DNA of 64,000 nt from an uncultured Candidatus Saccharibacteria bacterium (GCA_964353135.1 CAYGTV010000002.1:67204-131203); one strand, 5' to 3'. Shown: positions 46,449 to 56,716, counted from the first letter of the stretch. Notes: generated from the letters alone by a model not told the origin. Translations and numbers: made by a program.

Positions 46449-47909
46449 TTAGTTGGTTTGAGTACTGCTGGTTGCTGTGGTTGTGCTTAGTCTATCTAGA
46501 ACGGCATTTAAGCCTCTACTGTCAACAGGATCAATACCAATAAGACTCATTTGTTCTCTCCACTCGTTTAGGTTTCGACTTTTTCGTCCATCGTCAGTGA
46601 TATCAAGGTTAGAGTACTCGATAAATATTGCAATTTGGCGATCAGATGTTGCACTGTCGTATTCAGTTAGCAGACTTGTAAGTGCAGTGATGTTGTCGTT
46701 ACTAATAAATATTTCATTAGCAATTTCTTCATTTAGTATAGCTGCTACGTCTCGTGCCCCTTGAGGATTTTCATCGTCTAGTATGAACTCTGTAAGTAGA
46801 TCAAGTAATAGCTGACTCTCTAATCGATAATTTCTTTCAGAGCGTAATGCGTCAGAAAGATTGTCTCTCGCAGTCCCAGTGATGTTGCCTGATCCATCAA
46901 TACTTTCCTGATACAGAGCGTCAAGGTATGAACCATCATAACCGCCGTAACTCTGTCCGGTGTTACCAGATAGCCCAAGTAGCCCAGCTGCTCCGGAAAT
47001 AGCCTGGTTTGCAAGTGCACCTAACAGTTCCCCAATGTATTCGTTGACTTCATCCGCTTCCACTAAAACGTCTTGTCCAGCGCCTAGAACTTTGTTTAGT
47101 TGGCCAGCAATTGTTACGCCTGGAGTAGTGATTGTGCAGTTTTCTTCGTTTGTACCTTCGATGAGTTCACACACTGATTGAGACAGGAAACCTCCGCCAA
47201 ATTCCAGTAGCTGTAGCTCCTCCCCCTGGGCATTGATGAGTCGGGCTCGCCCAGCTGCTTGTGCGCTGAGTACTGCACCATAGGGTGTGTACGTTTGGGG
47301 TGTGGCGGTGATAGTCAGCCAGTCAGCCAGCCCTCGCCCTGGATCAGTACCATCGATGAATCCTTGGATGTTATCGATCACCCCGCTGAGGGTACAGGTT
47401 GGCGCGGATTGTTCTCCGTCTCTTCCCTGTTGGTATTGCACAGCGACTGCAATTTGAACATCTAGCCGGAACGGCGCACAAATAAAGGATCCGACGTCAC
47501 CCAATTCACTGATGAATTGTCCAAATTCTTGGTCTGCCACGTCTGTGAGGAACCCTCGTAGATCAGTCACAAATGCTGGTCGTCCTTGGAAGCCGGAGTT
47601 TACCCAGTTTAAAAATTCGTTTGCCATCATACTGATCGCACGTTTAGCCAAAGACCACGCAATTCCGTCTAGACTGATACTCTTACCCCAACCAAGAGTT
47701 TCTGTTGCAGCCGATATAGTTTCTTGGGCGGTTGACCAAAAGTTCTGCAAGGTATTTCTTGGGTCAAATACAACACTACCACTGGCTGCCGCTTCGACAG
47801 TCTCTACCTGACTAGTTGGTGCTTGTGGCACATAAACCATCACAAAGGCAAACACAACAAAAATTGTGCCAACTAGTAATTTTTTTAAAGCTAGAAAAAG
47901 AGTATCCAT
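46449..47909 (-). CDS. Hypothetical secreted protein (signal peptide) in the T4SS cluster
   Basis: N-terminal hydrophobic signal FVVFAFVMVYVP; 4-nt spacing to neighbours. Confidence 0.4.
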   Translation of the reverse strand: MDTLFLALKKLLVGTIFVVFAFVMVYVPQAPTSQVETVEAAASGSVVFDPRNTLQNFWSTAQETISAATETLGWGKSISLDGIAWSLAKRAISMMANEFLNWVNSGFQGRPAFVTDLRGFLTDVADQEFGQFISELGDVGSFICAPFRLDVQIAVAVQYQQGRDGEQSAPTCTLSGVIDNIQGFIDGTDPGRGLADWLTITATPQTYTPYGAVLSAQAAGRARLINAQGEELQLLEFGGGFLSQSVCELIEGTNEENCTITTPGVTIAGQLNKVLGAGQDVLVEADEVNEYIGELLGALANQAISGAAGLLGLSGNTGQSYGGYDGSYLDALYQESIDGSGNITGTARDNLSDALRSERNYRLESQLLLDLLTEFILDDENPQGARDVAAILNEEIANEIFISNDNITALTSLLTEYDSATSDRQIAIFIEYSNLDITDDGRKSRNLNEWREQMSLIGIDPVDSRGLNAVLDRLSTTTATSSTQTN

Positions 47910-47913
47910 ATTA

Positions 47914-48804
47914 TTAAGAATTAAATTCTGGGCTAAAGATTATGAATGATAAAGCTGGATCATTTGGGCCAACAAGCGATGCGTATGGTTCCAGGATCAA
48001 GTACATATTTTCTAGCGCAATTCGTAGTCCTAGTGCATCGTCTTGGTAGCGTTTGATGCGCACAAGCGCGAGGGCTGGGTCTTCGGCTGCGATCACCATT
48101 GCTCCAATGCTCTCGTGTAGGGCGTTAAAGGTATTAATTAGATCAAGGTGTTGCTTTACAGCAATCGCAGGAACAGGAACAGTTAATGCAATATCGCGCA
48201 TGTTTTTGTATGCTTCAGAAATGTTATTAAGCTCGTCAATGTATGACTGATCTGGGGTTATATCTTTGAGAGCGTCAGATAGAATATCGATCTCCCCTCG
48301 ACCGTTATTAATATTGTTATTGGTGATAGTCAGGGCAATAGTATTGGCGTAATCGAGTATGTCTGCGTCCTCCCATTGTGTTAGTACAGTAATATCTGGC
48401 ACATCATATAAATCATATGCTGCCTGGCTGGTCATGGTATCTATAGCGCGACCGACCACTTCTTCTTGGGTTCGTCCAAAAGGTCCAGCGGTTTTTGACC
48501 TAACTAGATCCTCGATAAAATCAATTCCAAGCTGACCAGTAAGTGTGTCTGGTAGCTCATAGTCTGTGTCTACTTGATCAAGAATGATTGGGGCTGTAGT
48601 AACAAACTCGTCCCGCCAGTCCTCGATACCATTGCGGTCTTCATCGAGAACCTCGATTGCGACCCGGGGCTGTGCCACAACCACCGCAGCTGGTTGACTT
48701 TGAAAATTCGATACACCAAAGTTGCTTAGTACGTAGGCACCAGCAACCAGTGCAAATCCAACTAAACAAGCGCCGATAACGCGCGGATTAAAATTCCGTT
48801 CCAT
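47914..48804 (-). CDS. Bitopic membrane protein, first gene of the T4SS cluster (possible VirB8-like scaffold)
   Basis: Short cytoplasmic N-terminus, one TM (VIGACLVGFALVAGAYVL), about 260-aa ectodomain. Confidence 0.3.
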   Translation of the reverse strand: MERNFNPRVIGACLVGFALVAGAYVLSNFGVSNFQSQPAAVVVAQPRVAIEVLDEDRNGIEDWRDEFVTTAPIILDQVDTDYELPDTLTGQLGIDFIEDLVRSKTAGPFGRTQEEVVGRAIDTMTSQAAYDLYDVPDITVLTQWEDADILDYANTIALTITNNNINNGRGEIDILSDALKDITPDQSYIDELNNISEAYKNMRDIALTVPVPAIAVKQHLDLINTFNALHESIGAMVIAAEDPALALVRIKRYQDDALGLRIALENMYLILEPYASLVGPNDPALSFIIFSPEFNS

Positions 48805-48882
48805 AGTATTTAGTATAGCAGTCGTACATCAGCCAGACTGCAGTTACTACCTATATATGTGTCTATCTGTGGAAAATTGCCT

Positions 48883-49683
48883 CTATTTTCTCTGTAAAAG
48901 TCTAATCAGATCAATAAAATTAGTAATAGAGAGGTCCTCTGCCCTACTCTCTGCAACTAATCCTAATGTTGTGAGTGAATGACCCACAGATTCTTTTTGA
49001 AATAATTTTGCCAGGTTGCCTGCCAGTTGTTTGCGTTTTTGTCCAAAACCAGCGTGTACCACATCAAAAAAAACATCGTCAGATATACCGTGCAGCCTAG
49101 AACGATTGATGTTATAGATTGCGACAATGGCTGAGTCGACTGCCGGTGGCGGCGTAAAGTGTCCGCGTTTAATAGTATCAATGTATGCAGGTTCACCAAA
49201 GACTTTGACTGACAGTGAGAGGATGGATTCTTTTGGATCTCTTGCAATCCGCTCGGCCACCTCTTTTTGAATCAAAAAGACCAGGGTGTTTGGCTGGATG
49301 TCAGACTCCAGGCACTGACGAAATAGAAGCCCAGAAATATAATATGGAATGTTGGCCACTACTTTAAAGGCTTGATCAACTAAGCCAAACATAGCCATGT
49401 CGAGTTTCCGCGCATCATGATGATGTATGACTAGTTGCCCGTTTGTGATTTCGTTTACAAATGTTTCTTTGAGTGAATCGATTGCCCGCAGGTCGGCTTC
49501 GACGGCGATTACGTTGCATCCTCGCTTCAGAATTTCCGCCGTTAGGATCCCGGTCCCTGGCCCGATTTCAAGCACAGTCTCTCCAACCGCTAGGTTAGCA
49601 GCGTCACACATTTTTTTAGGCACAAAGTCACTGTTCAGAAAGTGTTGCCCGAGGGACTTTTTGTGTTCAAACTTTTCTTTCAC
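48883..49683 (-). CDS. rsmA: 16S rRNA (adenine1518/1519-N6)-dimethyltransferase RsmA/KsgA
   Basis: SAM motif LEIGPGTGILT; KsgA family length and pattern. Confidence 0.85.
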   Translation of the reverse strand: MKEKFEHKKSLGQHFLNSDFVPKKMCDAANLAVGETVLEIGPGTGILTAEILKRGCNVIAVEADLRAIDSLKETFVNEITNGQLVIHHHDARKLDMAMFGLVDQAFKVVANIPYYISGLLFRQCLESDIQPNTLVFLIQKEVAERIARDPKESILSLSVKVFGEPAYIDTIKRGHFTPPPAVDSAIVAIYNINRSRLHGISDDVFFDVVHAGFGQKRKQLAGNLAKLFQKESVGHSLTTLGLVAESRAEDLSITNFIDLIRLLQRK

Positions 49684-49709
49684 AAATGTAGCGTACGCGG
49701 AATCGGAAA

Positions 49710-51686
49710 TTAATCAAGATACACCGTTGTCTCGTACCCGCTGCTATCCCCTCCTCCACCAAAGCCCTTTGGTTCTGATGCTTCTACATGTTCGCCACTA
49801 ATGTCATTGATGAACTGTGATGGAAGATTTACTTTTTGCTGCCCAAAGATGGTTCGCATGTGGGCGTAGGTGAGATAGATTTTTTTCTCGGCTCGGGTGA
49901 GGGCAACATAGAACAAACGTCGCTCTTCTTCTTTGTCAGTTTTTCCATCGTCGAGGCGTTCATGTGGAAAGAGTCCTTCTTCGAGACCAGTGATAAACAC
50001 ATATGGAAACTCGAGCCCTTTAGCGGCGTGAATGGTCATCAGTCGGACAGCGTTTTGTTCTTCTTTATCTTTGAGTTCATCTTGGTCAGATTGCAGCGCT
50101 GCGGTTTCCAGCAGCATCTCGACTGCTTCAGTTGGGTCGACCGTATCAAACCGACTCGCAAGCGTAACGAGCTCGCGCAAGTTTTCGATTCGCTCTAACG
50201 CTTCTTCGGTTCCCTCTTCTTTCAAGTGATCTTCGATGCCAGATCGCTTCATGATGAATTTGATTGTTTCAGATAGCGTTTTTTCTGTAGCTGCTTTAGC
50301 GATATCCATCATGATGTCATCAAACTTTTTTACTTTAGCTTGAGCGCCAGCGTTAAGTTCAGATCGTTTCCCTTCGATTACTTTAAGCATCGTGACTTTC
50401 CCAATCCCACGAGCTGGGGTGTTGATTACCCGAGTCATGTCAGCATTACTACCTGGGTTTAAAGCTAGCCTGAGGTATGACAGTACATCCTTCACTTCTT
50501 TTCGTTCGAAAAATTTAGTCCCGAGTAATTGGTACGGGATTTCAAAATTGAGGAATGCTTCCTCAAGGGCACGTGATTGAAAGTTTGTTCGATACAACAC
50601 GGCGATGTTGCTTGGATCAGCACCATCATTGATCAGCTCTTGGGCTGTCATTGCGATGTATTCCGCTTCGTCGTATCCAGTCATCCCGGCGTAGAGGGTA
50701 ATTTTTTCACCTTCGTGATTGTTGGTAAAAACATTTTTCTCAACTCGGTTTTTATTTTTCTTGATGATGTCGTTACTCGCTGCGATGATGGTTTGGGTCG
50801 ACCGGTAATTTTCTTCGAGCAAGATAGTCGTTGAGTTTGGGAAGTGGTTTTCAAATTGAAGCACATTTTTAATATCCGCACCTCGCCAACTGTAGATGTT
50901 TTGGTCGATGTCGCCTACTACACATATATTGTGTGCGTCTCCAGCCAGTAGCTCGGCAATTCGAAATTGCACTTTGTTGGTGTCCTGGTACTCGTCAACG
51001 TGAATGTATTTGTAACGGGCCTGAAGAGTCTCACGCACGGTTTTATTTTCCTCGAGCATGCGTAGAGTCTTTACTAAAAGATCATCAAAATCGAGTGACT
51101 GCTCTTTATATAATATGTCTTCGTATTTTTCCCAGACTTGTGCCACGACTTCTTCGAAAAACGATCCAGCGGCGTCACTGTACGCCAGACGTGAAACCGC
51201 ATCCCCTTTAGCGCGACTAATCGCAGAGATAATTTTCCGTGGTTCAAATTCTTTGGGGTTATAGCCGGCTTGCTCGATTCCTTGTTTCACAGCTTTTTGG
51301 CTGTCACTGCGATCATAAATGGTGAAGTGCCGGCGCAACCCAACCGCGTCGTGAAACTCACGCAGTAGCCGTACTCCCAGCGCGTGGAAAGTCGTAACCA
51401 CTGGTTGGCTGTCTAGTACCGCCCGGTTAGAAGGGGGGAACTTGTGGGTGAGTGCCACCGCTCGTTCACGCATTTCACTCGCTGACTTGTTGGTAAATGT
51501 CATCGCGAGAATATTGTGCGGTGCAGTCCCCTGATGGATGAGGTGTACGATCCGATGCGTGATCACTCTAGTTTTTCCTGACCCAGCACCAGCCAAAACC
51601 ATCACTGGTCCTTCGGTATGCAACACCGCTTGTTTTTGTGGTTCGTTTAATCCATTGGTGTAGGGTAGCTCTGGAGTGTCGGTCAT
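49710..51686 (-). CDS. pcrA: ATP-dependent DNA helicase UvrD/PcrA family
   Basis: Motif I AGAGSGKTRVITHRI, motif II VDEYQDTN, SF1 motifs throughout. Confidence 0.85.
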   Translation of the reverse strand: MTDTPELPYTNGLNEPQKQAVLHTEGPVMVLAGAGSGKTRVITHRIVHLIHQGTAPHNILAMTFTNKSASEMRERAVALTHKFPPSNRAVLDSQPVVTTFHALGVRLLREFHDAVGLRRHFTIYDRSDSQKAVKQGIEQAGYNPKEFEPRKIISAISRAKGDAVSRLAYSDAAGSFFEEVVAQVWEKYEDILYKEQSLDFDDLLVKTLRMLEENKTVRETLQARYKYIHVDEYQDTNKVQFRIAELLAGDAHNICVVGDIDQNIYSWRGADIKNVLQFENHFPNSTTILLEENYRSTQTIIAASNDIIKKNKNRVEKNVFTNNHEGEKITLYAGMTGYDEAEYIAMTAQELINDGADPSNIAVLYRTNFQSRALEEAFLNFEIPYQLLGTKFFERKEVKDVLSYLRLALNPGSNADMTRVINTPARGIGKVTMLKVIEGKRSELNAGAQAKVKKFDDIMMDIAKAATEKTLSETIKFIMKRSGIEDHLKEEGTEEALERIENLRELVTLASRFDTVDPTEAVEMLLETAALQSDQDELKDKEEQNAVRLMTIHAAKGLEFPYVFITGLEEGLFPHERLDDGKTDKEEERRLFYVALTRAEKKIYLTYAHMRTIFGQQKVNLPSQFINDISGEHVEASEPKGFGGGGDSSGYETTVYLD

Positions 51687-51854
51687 AATGCGGCTATCAT
51701 AGCATGATTGCTTGACGTACGAATTTAATTGGTTATTATCAGTTATGAACCTATGAATACAAATTCATTTTACATGCATCGCCGATGGAAAAGCCTTGAG
51801 GAGGTGTGTGTTTACGTGTTTGATAAATAATTTATAGAATAAAACTCAAAACAA

Positions 51855-51897
51855 AACCGCCTTCTCATTTATGTGAGAGGCGGTTTTGTTTTGATAC
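51855..51897 (+). terminator. Terminator-like hairpin AAACCGCCTTCTCA-TTTA-TGTGAGAGGCGGTTTT in the 5' leader of the 51985 gene
   Basis: Perfect stem plus T-run; a second hairpin CGCTGGTGG...CCACCAGCG at 51911-51937 and a third GGCGCC...GGCGCC follow. Confidence 0.45.
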
Positions 51898-51984
51898 TCG
51901 TTGTCGATACGCTGGTGGGGTCTAGAAGCCACCAGCGTGGCGCCAACGGGGCGCCAGTTCTTTACAACGAAGGAGTGAGGCAGA

Positions 51985-53063
51985 TGCCGCTACTAATCGA
52001 AAATAACTATGACGATGTGTCTTTGATGGATCTGGTTTCTTTGCGTGAGCAGGGGTACTCAGTTCTCAAGTCACCACATGTTGGTAATCAGCATCCGAGC
52101 AATTTGGTTTGCGCCGCTTTGGGTATATCACTTGAAATGGTGTCTTTTACTCAAGGGGTTCGCGATGTTAATTTTCACCCACATTTGCGGATTGCAGGTG
52201 GGTGTAGCAAGGAGTTGTACAGTCCTGCTACGTGGACACCATTTGCGTCAGTAGAAGAAGCAAGAGAAATCTCTATGATTTCTTTCTTTCCACCATCGCT
52301 GTATGCAAGTAAAGTGTCTGCAACCACCTATCACCAATCGTCAGTCCAGGAATTATTTCCAAATACGGAAGTGATTACGGATATGGAACGCATGCAAATG
52401 TATCCGGCTCTGGCAGCGACTGTACTACATGTAACAAATCAGGTGATTCGGGGTATGTGGTACCGACACGTGAGCAAGGATGGTGTAGTGACAAAACAGA
52501 CACAAAGTTACTTGTCAGCTAGTACGCTTGAAACTGATATATTTCAATTCAGTAACAATGCGTCAGGATGGGTTGTTCCAAATTTGGTGCACATCATTTT
52601 TGATTTGGTTTACCAAACGTTGTCTTCTGGTCGGGATGTTGTGTACCACTTATCAGGTCCACAAATGGTGCAATACGTTGGTGGGTATGCAGATAAGTTG
52701 GAATTAATGTATGACGCACTACGTCAGCATATTCCAGCCTTACCCCTGACATTGAAAGCGCGGATTGTGCCAGTTGCAGCTGCAAGGTTTATGACTGTGC
52801 CTGAACGTGTGGAAGCCCTAGCCACATTTGCTGAGGTTCGTGACCAGCTGCAAAACTCAGTAGTAGCACGTGAATTTGTGACACAGTATCCAGAATTTAC
52901 TCAATCAATTGAGTCTGGTACGACTTTGTCGCAATATGATTTCAAGGATATGCGTGATATCAAAATGGATGCGTGGATGCTTGTCGCACCACTGTCAGAA
53001 GTTACTGCGCTGTATGAAAGTCTCACCCACGTTGCACGCTCACCCGCATTACCGGCGGCTTAA
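51985..53063 (+). CDS. Hypothetical protein; start set at MPLLIEN after a good SD (the longer predicted ORF includes the structured leader)
   Basis: AAGGAGTGAGGCAG-ATG; 359 aa; no motif recognised. Confidence 0.4.
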
Positions 53064-53123
53064 TAAATCGGTGGGCAGCTTAGCTGCCCACCTTTCTATA
53101 CTATTATTAGTTAAAATTACTTT

Positions 53124-54059
53124 ATGAAAATTTTTGATTTGCACCAAGACTTGTTGACTCACCTGCGCTTTGGAGAGCAGTTTGGTCAGTCGCCCCAAAC
53201 TAGCTGGGATGATATTAAAAAAAGTGATATCGATTTAGTAATCGCGACTGCGTTCCCCTGTCCTCCCGGTGATGATCAGTATCATAATTCTGTTCCTGAT
53301 TTAATTACAGAAGAATTACAGATGTATGTCGATTATTTACAAGAGCAACTAGATTGGAAATTAGTCGCTGGTGCTGCTGACCTAGATTCAAAAAAGCAAA
53401 AAATTATTTTGCACCTAGAGGGCCTCAATGTGTTTAATGGTTCTGCCGCTGATTGGAAACAATTACATGACTGGGTCGCACTTGGGGTTCGTTCAGTCGG
53501 GACGCATTGGAATGTAGAAAACAAATTGGGCGGCGGTACTCTGCAGCCAGAGGTTGGGTTGACTGATCTGGGTCGCGAAGTGGTTCAGTACCTAGAAAAT
53601 CAAAATCTCATTTTTGATTTGGCACATATGGGTCGTCAAGGATTTATGGATGCGGCAACTATCACTAGCCGTCCGTTGTATGTGAGTCACGGAAACGCCG
53701 ATGCGATTTGTCCAAACGTTCGTAACTACACTGACACCCAATTGAAAATGATCGCAGCGACTGATGGTGTGATTGGAGTATTTTTTGCTAATACTTTTGT
53801 AGTTGGTAAAAATAAACCAGGAGCTATCACTGACATAGTTGCGCACATTAATTACATTCGTGATTTGATTGGAGCGCGACACATTGCAATTGGTAGTGAC
53901 TTAGGTGGCATCATTTCTGGTGGTATTGATGACCTTGGACACGTAGCTGAATTATCTAATTTGTGCACGGCTTTACAAGAAGCTAACTACACAGAATCAG
54001 ATATTGAAGCGATCTTGTACCAGAACGCCAAGCGAGTTTTGGAAAGCCACTTAGGTTGA
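53124..54059 (+). CDS. Membrane dipeptidase (peptidase family M19)-like amidohydrolase
   Basis: N-terminal FDLHQDLL, LAHMGRQGF...YVSHGNADAICPNVRNYTDTQLKMIAATDGVIGVFF matching M19 metal-binding regions. Confidence 0.6.
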   Translation: MKIFDLHQDLLTHLRFGEQFGQSPQTSWDDIKKSDIDLVIATAFPCPPGDDQYHNSVPDLITEELQMYVDYLQEQLDWKLVAGAADLDSKKQKIILHLEGLNVFNGSAADWKQLHDWVALGVRSVGTHWNVENKLGGGTLQPEVGLTDLGREVVQYLENQNLIFDLAHMGRQGFMDAATITSRPLYVSHGNADAICPNVRNYTDTQLKMIAATDGVIGVFFANTFVVGKNKPGAITDIVAHINYIRDLIGARHIAIGSDLGGIISGGIDDLGHVAELSNLCTALQEANYTESDIEAILYQNAKRVLESHLG

Positions 54060-54075
54060 TGTAAACAAAATAGAA

Positions 54076-54103
54076 AAAGCCCGGCGCTTGCGCCGGGCTT
54101 TTG
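54076..54103. terminator. Bidirectional terminator AAAAAGCCCGGCG-CTTG-CGCCGGGCTTTT
   Basis: Perfect stem between convergent genes. Confidence 0.55.
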
Positions 54104-54120
54104 GTTACTTGTTAAGAACC

Positions 54121-54726
54121 TCAAAGATCTTTTTTGTATTCATTCCAGAGAGGGAGCCAATCGTCACGGGTGACCGACAGAATGATTTCGTCATGTCGTT
54201 CACCAAACCGATAGAACCTGCTACGCAACCGAGCTTCTTCTACATACCCACACTTCTTGCTGTATGCAGCTGAGCGGCCATTGAATCCAATCACTCGTGA
54301 CTCAACAAGATGCAATCCAATAAAATTGAACGCATAGTCAAGCAAGACCATCTTGGCGTCGGTACCGTACCCTTGGTTACGATACTTTTCATCAAAGATA
54401 ACTGATCCTGTGGTGGCAGTGCCATTGATTGGATCAATGTGGTGCAATCCCATGGTGCCGATCAAGACGCCTTCCAAAGTGCAGATAGCGACTGTGATGT
54501 CGTCAGCACTTGGCTTCTGTTTGCTTTTAATCCAGTCTTCTTCGTACCCCAAACCTTTTGGAACAGAAGTGGCTAGAAATTGGTAGGCGTCTGGATTATT
54601 TATGCCACGATAAATCGCAGGCGCATCTGTCATTTCCAGTGGGCACAGCATGGCTTTTTTGCCCTTGCGCCAAAAGACACGATTTTCTTTGGTAACTTCA
54701 TTCATGACGTTTCCTTTCTTTGTCAT
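54121..54726 (-). CDS. GNAT-family N-acetyltransferase (RimL/RimJ-like)
   Basis: Acetyl-CoA binding motif region RNQGYGTDA. Confidence 0.7.
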   Translation of the reverse strand: MTKKGNVMNEVTKENRVFWRKGKKAMLCPLEMTDAPAIYRGINNPDAYQFLATSVPKGLGYEEDWIKSKQKPSADDITVAICTLEGVLIGTMGLHHIDPINGTATTGSVIFDEKYRNQGYGTDAKMVLLDYAFNFIGLHLVESRVIGFNGRSAAYSKKCGYVEEARLRSRFYRFGERHDEIILSVTRDDWLPLWNEYKKDL

Positions 54727-54774
54727 TTCGAGTTTGGGTTGGGTGTTGAGCGGCGATAGTCGCCGCTCAACTTT

Positions 54775-55599
54775 TCAGAACGACATTCTTTGACGATCGT
54801 ACAAATCACGAAAGGTTGGGGATACCTTGTAGAGCCCCTCGAAGTCGTTCGTTACCGCTTCTATTTGAGGTTCGTTTGGAGCACACTCATGTGGCATCTT
54901 AAGACACACAAACTTCGTGCACTGCCGCAGTGTTGCAAACTTGTGCGCAATCACCACCGCTGTAACGCCCATCTTCATGACCTCGTCGATGCCGTCTTGT
55001 ACTTCTGCCTCGGTCTTAGGATCTTGTGCAGAAGTTACTTCGTCGAGCAAGAGTACTTTGGGACGCTTCAAGATGGCTCGGGCGATTAAGAGACGCTGTC
55101 TCTCGCCGCCCGAAAGCTCCATACCATAGCGGCCGACTTCTGCACCAAGTCCTCCCTTTTCGGCAAAACGTTGCCAGAGTCTGCCGCTGATAGCTTGGAT
55201 AACACCAATAATCTCTTCGTCAGTGACAGTGTTTCGTCTTTGATCAGAGAGACCGTAGAGCATATTTTCTTTCACCGTCCCACTCATGGTTACCGAGTCT
55301 TGTTCGATTGACGCTAGATACCGCTTTACGTGAGACAAGTTTTGCCGGGCATAGTCACGACCATTAATGTAGACCGTGCCTTTGCTTGGATTAAAGTCGC
55401 GTTGTAAGAGTGACTTTAACGTTGACTTCCCTGCTCCACTTTCACCGATGAGCGCTACTCGCTCACCGGCACCGATAGTCAGATTGATATTTCTGAGTAC
55501 CGCCTCACCATTTGGGTAGGTGTGTGTGACGTTACGTAGTTCGAATCTGATCGAGTTCTTCATCATCTTCCTCCAAGATAAAGTCGTCACCCTCAGCAT
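54775..55599 (-). CDS. ABC transporter ATP-binding protein (NBD only); true start probably MKNSIRF near 55563
   Basis: Walker A GESGAGKST, signature LSGGERQRL, Walker B LLLDEVTSA. Confidence 0.8.
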   Translation of the reverse strand: MLRVTTLSWRKMMKNSIRFELRNVTHTYPNGEAVLRNINLTIGAGERVALIGESGAGKSTLKSLLQRDFNPSKGTVYINGRDYARQNLSHVKRYLASIEQDSVTMSGTVKENMLYGLSDQRRNTVTDEEIIGVIQAISGRLWQRFAEKGGLGAEVGRYGMELSGGERQRLLIARAILKRPKVLLLDEVTSAQDPKTEAEVQDGIDEVMKMGVTAVVIAHKFATLRQCTKFVCLKMPHECAPNEPQIEAVTNDFEGLYKVSPTFRDLYDRQRMSF

Positions 55600-56716
55600 A
55601 GTGTGATTCGGACGGGATTATGAGCTTTGCTTTGATTCCTGAGGCTCGCTCGGTGTTTTCGATTAGGTGACGCTGTAAGGAACCAATGCGCCAGAGTTGA
55701 TCTTTTACGAAGTTTAGCCAGAGATACATAGCCGCATAAAGTCCAGCTTCCCAGTTGGCCGAAAGGCCATATAAGAGCACGGCAACCATAACGCCGATGT
55801 TCGCAAATGAGCGAAATAGGTCGACGATTTGGAAGTCTCGACCCCAAAGAATGAAGTCAGGATCAAGTACCGCTTTCAACTTTTCGTAGATAGTCCGTTG
55901 CACGAACTGTTCCGTGCCAGTCACCTTTACCTGGCTAAACTGCACCCAACGTTCGCTGGTCCAAGCTTGAGCCTTGCGCCACCGTTCATCGATCTCTTTG
56001 ATGCGGCCACTGAAGTAGTGGTTTACCAAAAAGAAAAAGACCATGTTGATTACAATCAGTCCGGTGACGATTAGTCCAACCACCCAGTCGTTTAGTGTGA
56101 TGTACACCAAAGATGAGAGCAAGATAGCCACTGCTTCTGAACCCTCGAACAACACTGCGTACTGAATGTTAGCCACTTTGTCTTTGAGGATTTCAATTTG
56201 CTCAGGGCTTACACCAGTTTCTGCGCTTTTGAGCTCACCATGAGTTTTTCGGAACTGCAGTTCCGAAAGTCGGACAGGAATGTGCAATGTATTGTGGTTC
56301 CAGGCCCACTCGCGATGCGCACTTTGCCAAGCAAGGACTAACCTTGCGATTATCCAAAACAGTCCGATTTGTATAATCTGGTTGTACGCCTCTGATTGTC
56401 CTCCTTGGCCGATGGCTGTGATCAGCTGGTTCAGTGAATTCACAACCTCCATGCTGATAAGCATGCCAAGCAGCATTAATGCCAGAGCATACAGCGCATG
56501 CCGCCGCCCTTCAGGCGGTAACAGCTCATGCCATATCCACTTAAAGGTATCGATGGCCTCAGCAAAACTTTGCCAGGCCTCCGCTATGAAGTGTTTCGTT
56601 TGTGTGTAGTGCGTCATTATGACCCTCCTGTTGTCGAAGAACGTTGCAATTACTAGGTTTTTAGGCCCAAAAGAACAAAAGCAGCTTGTCGGTGAGACAA
56701 GCTGCTTTGAGGACAC
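55532..56716 (-). CDS. ABC exporter transmembrane domain protein (type I exporter TMD, 6 TM)
   Basis: Six TM helices with exporter-like topology; directly upstream of and overlapping the NBD gene. Confidence 0.7.
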   Translation of the reverse strand: MSSKQLVSPTSCFCSFGPKNLVIATFFDNRRVIMTHYTQTKHFIAEAWQSFAEAIDTFKWIWHELLPPEGRRHALYALALMLLGMLISMEVVNSLNQLITAIGQGGQSEAYNQIIQIGLFWIIARLVLAWQSAHREWAWNHNTLHIPVRLSELQFRKTHGELKSAETGVSPEQIEILKDKVANIQYAVLFEGSEAVAILLSSLVYITLNDWVVGLIVTGLIVINMVFFFLVNHYFSGRIKEIDERWRKAQAWTSERWVQFSQVKVTGTEQFVQRTIYEKLKAVLDPDFILWGRDFQIVDLFRSFANIGVMVAVLLYGLSANWEAGLYAAMYLWLNFVKDQLWRIGSLQRHLIENTERASGIKAKLIIPSESHYAEGDDFILEEDDEELDQIRTT

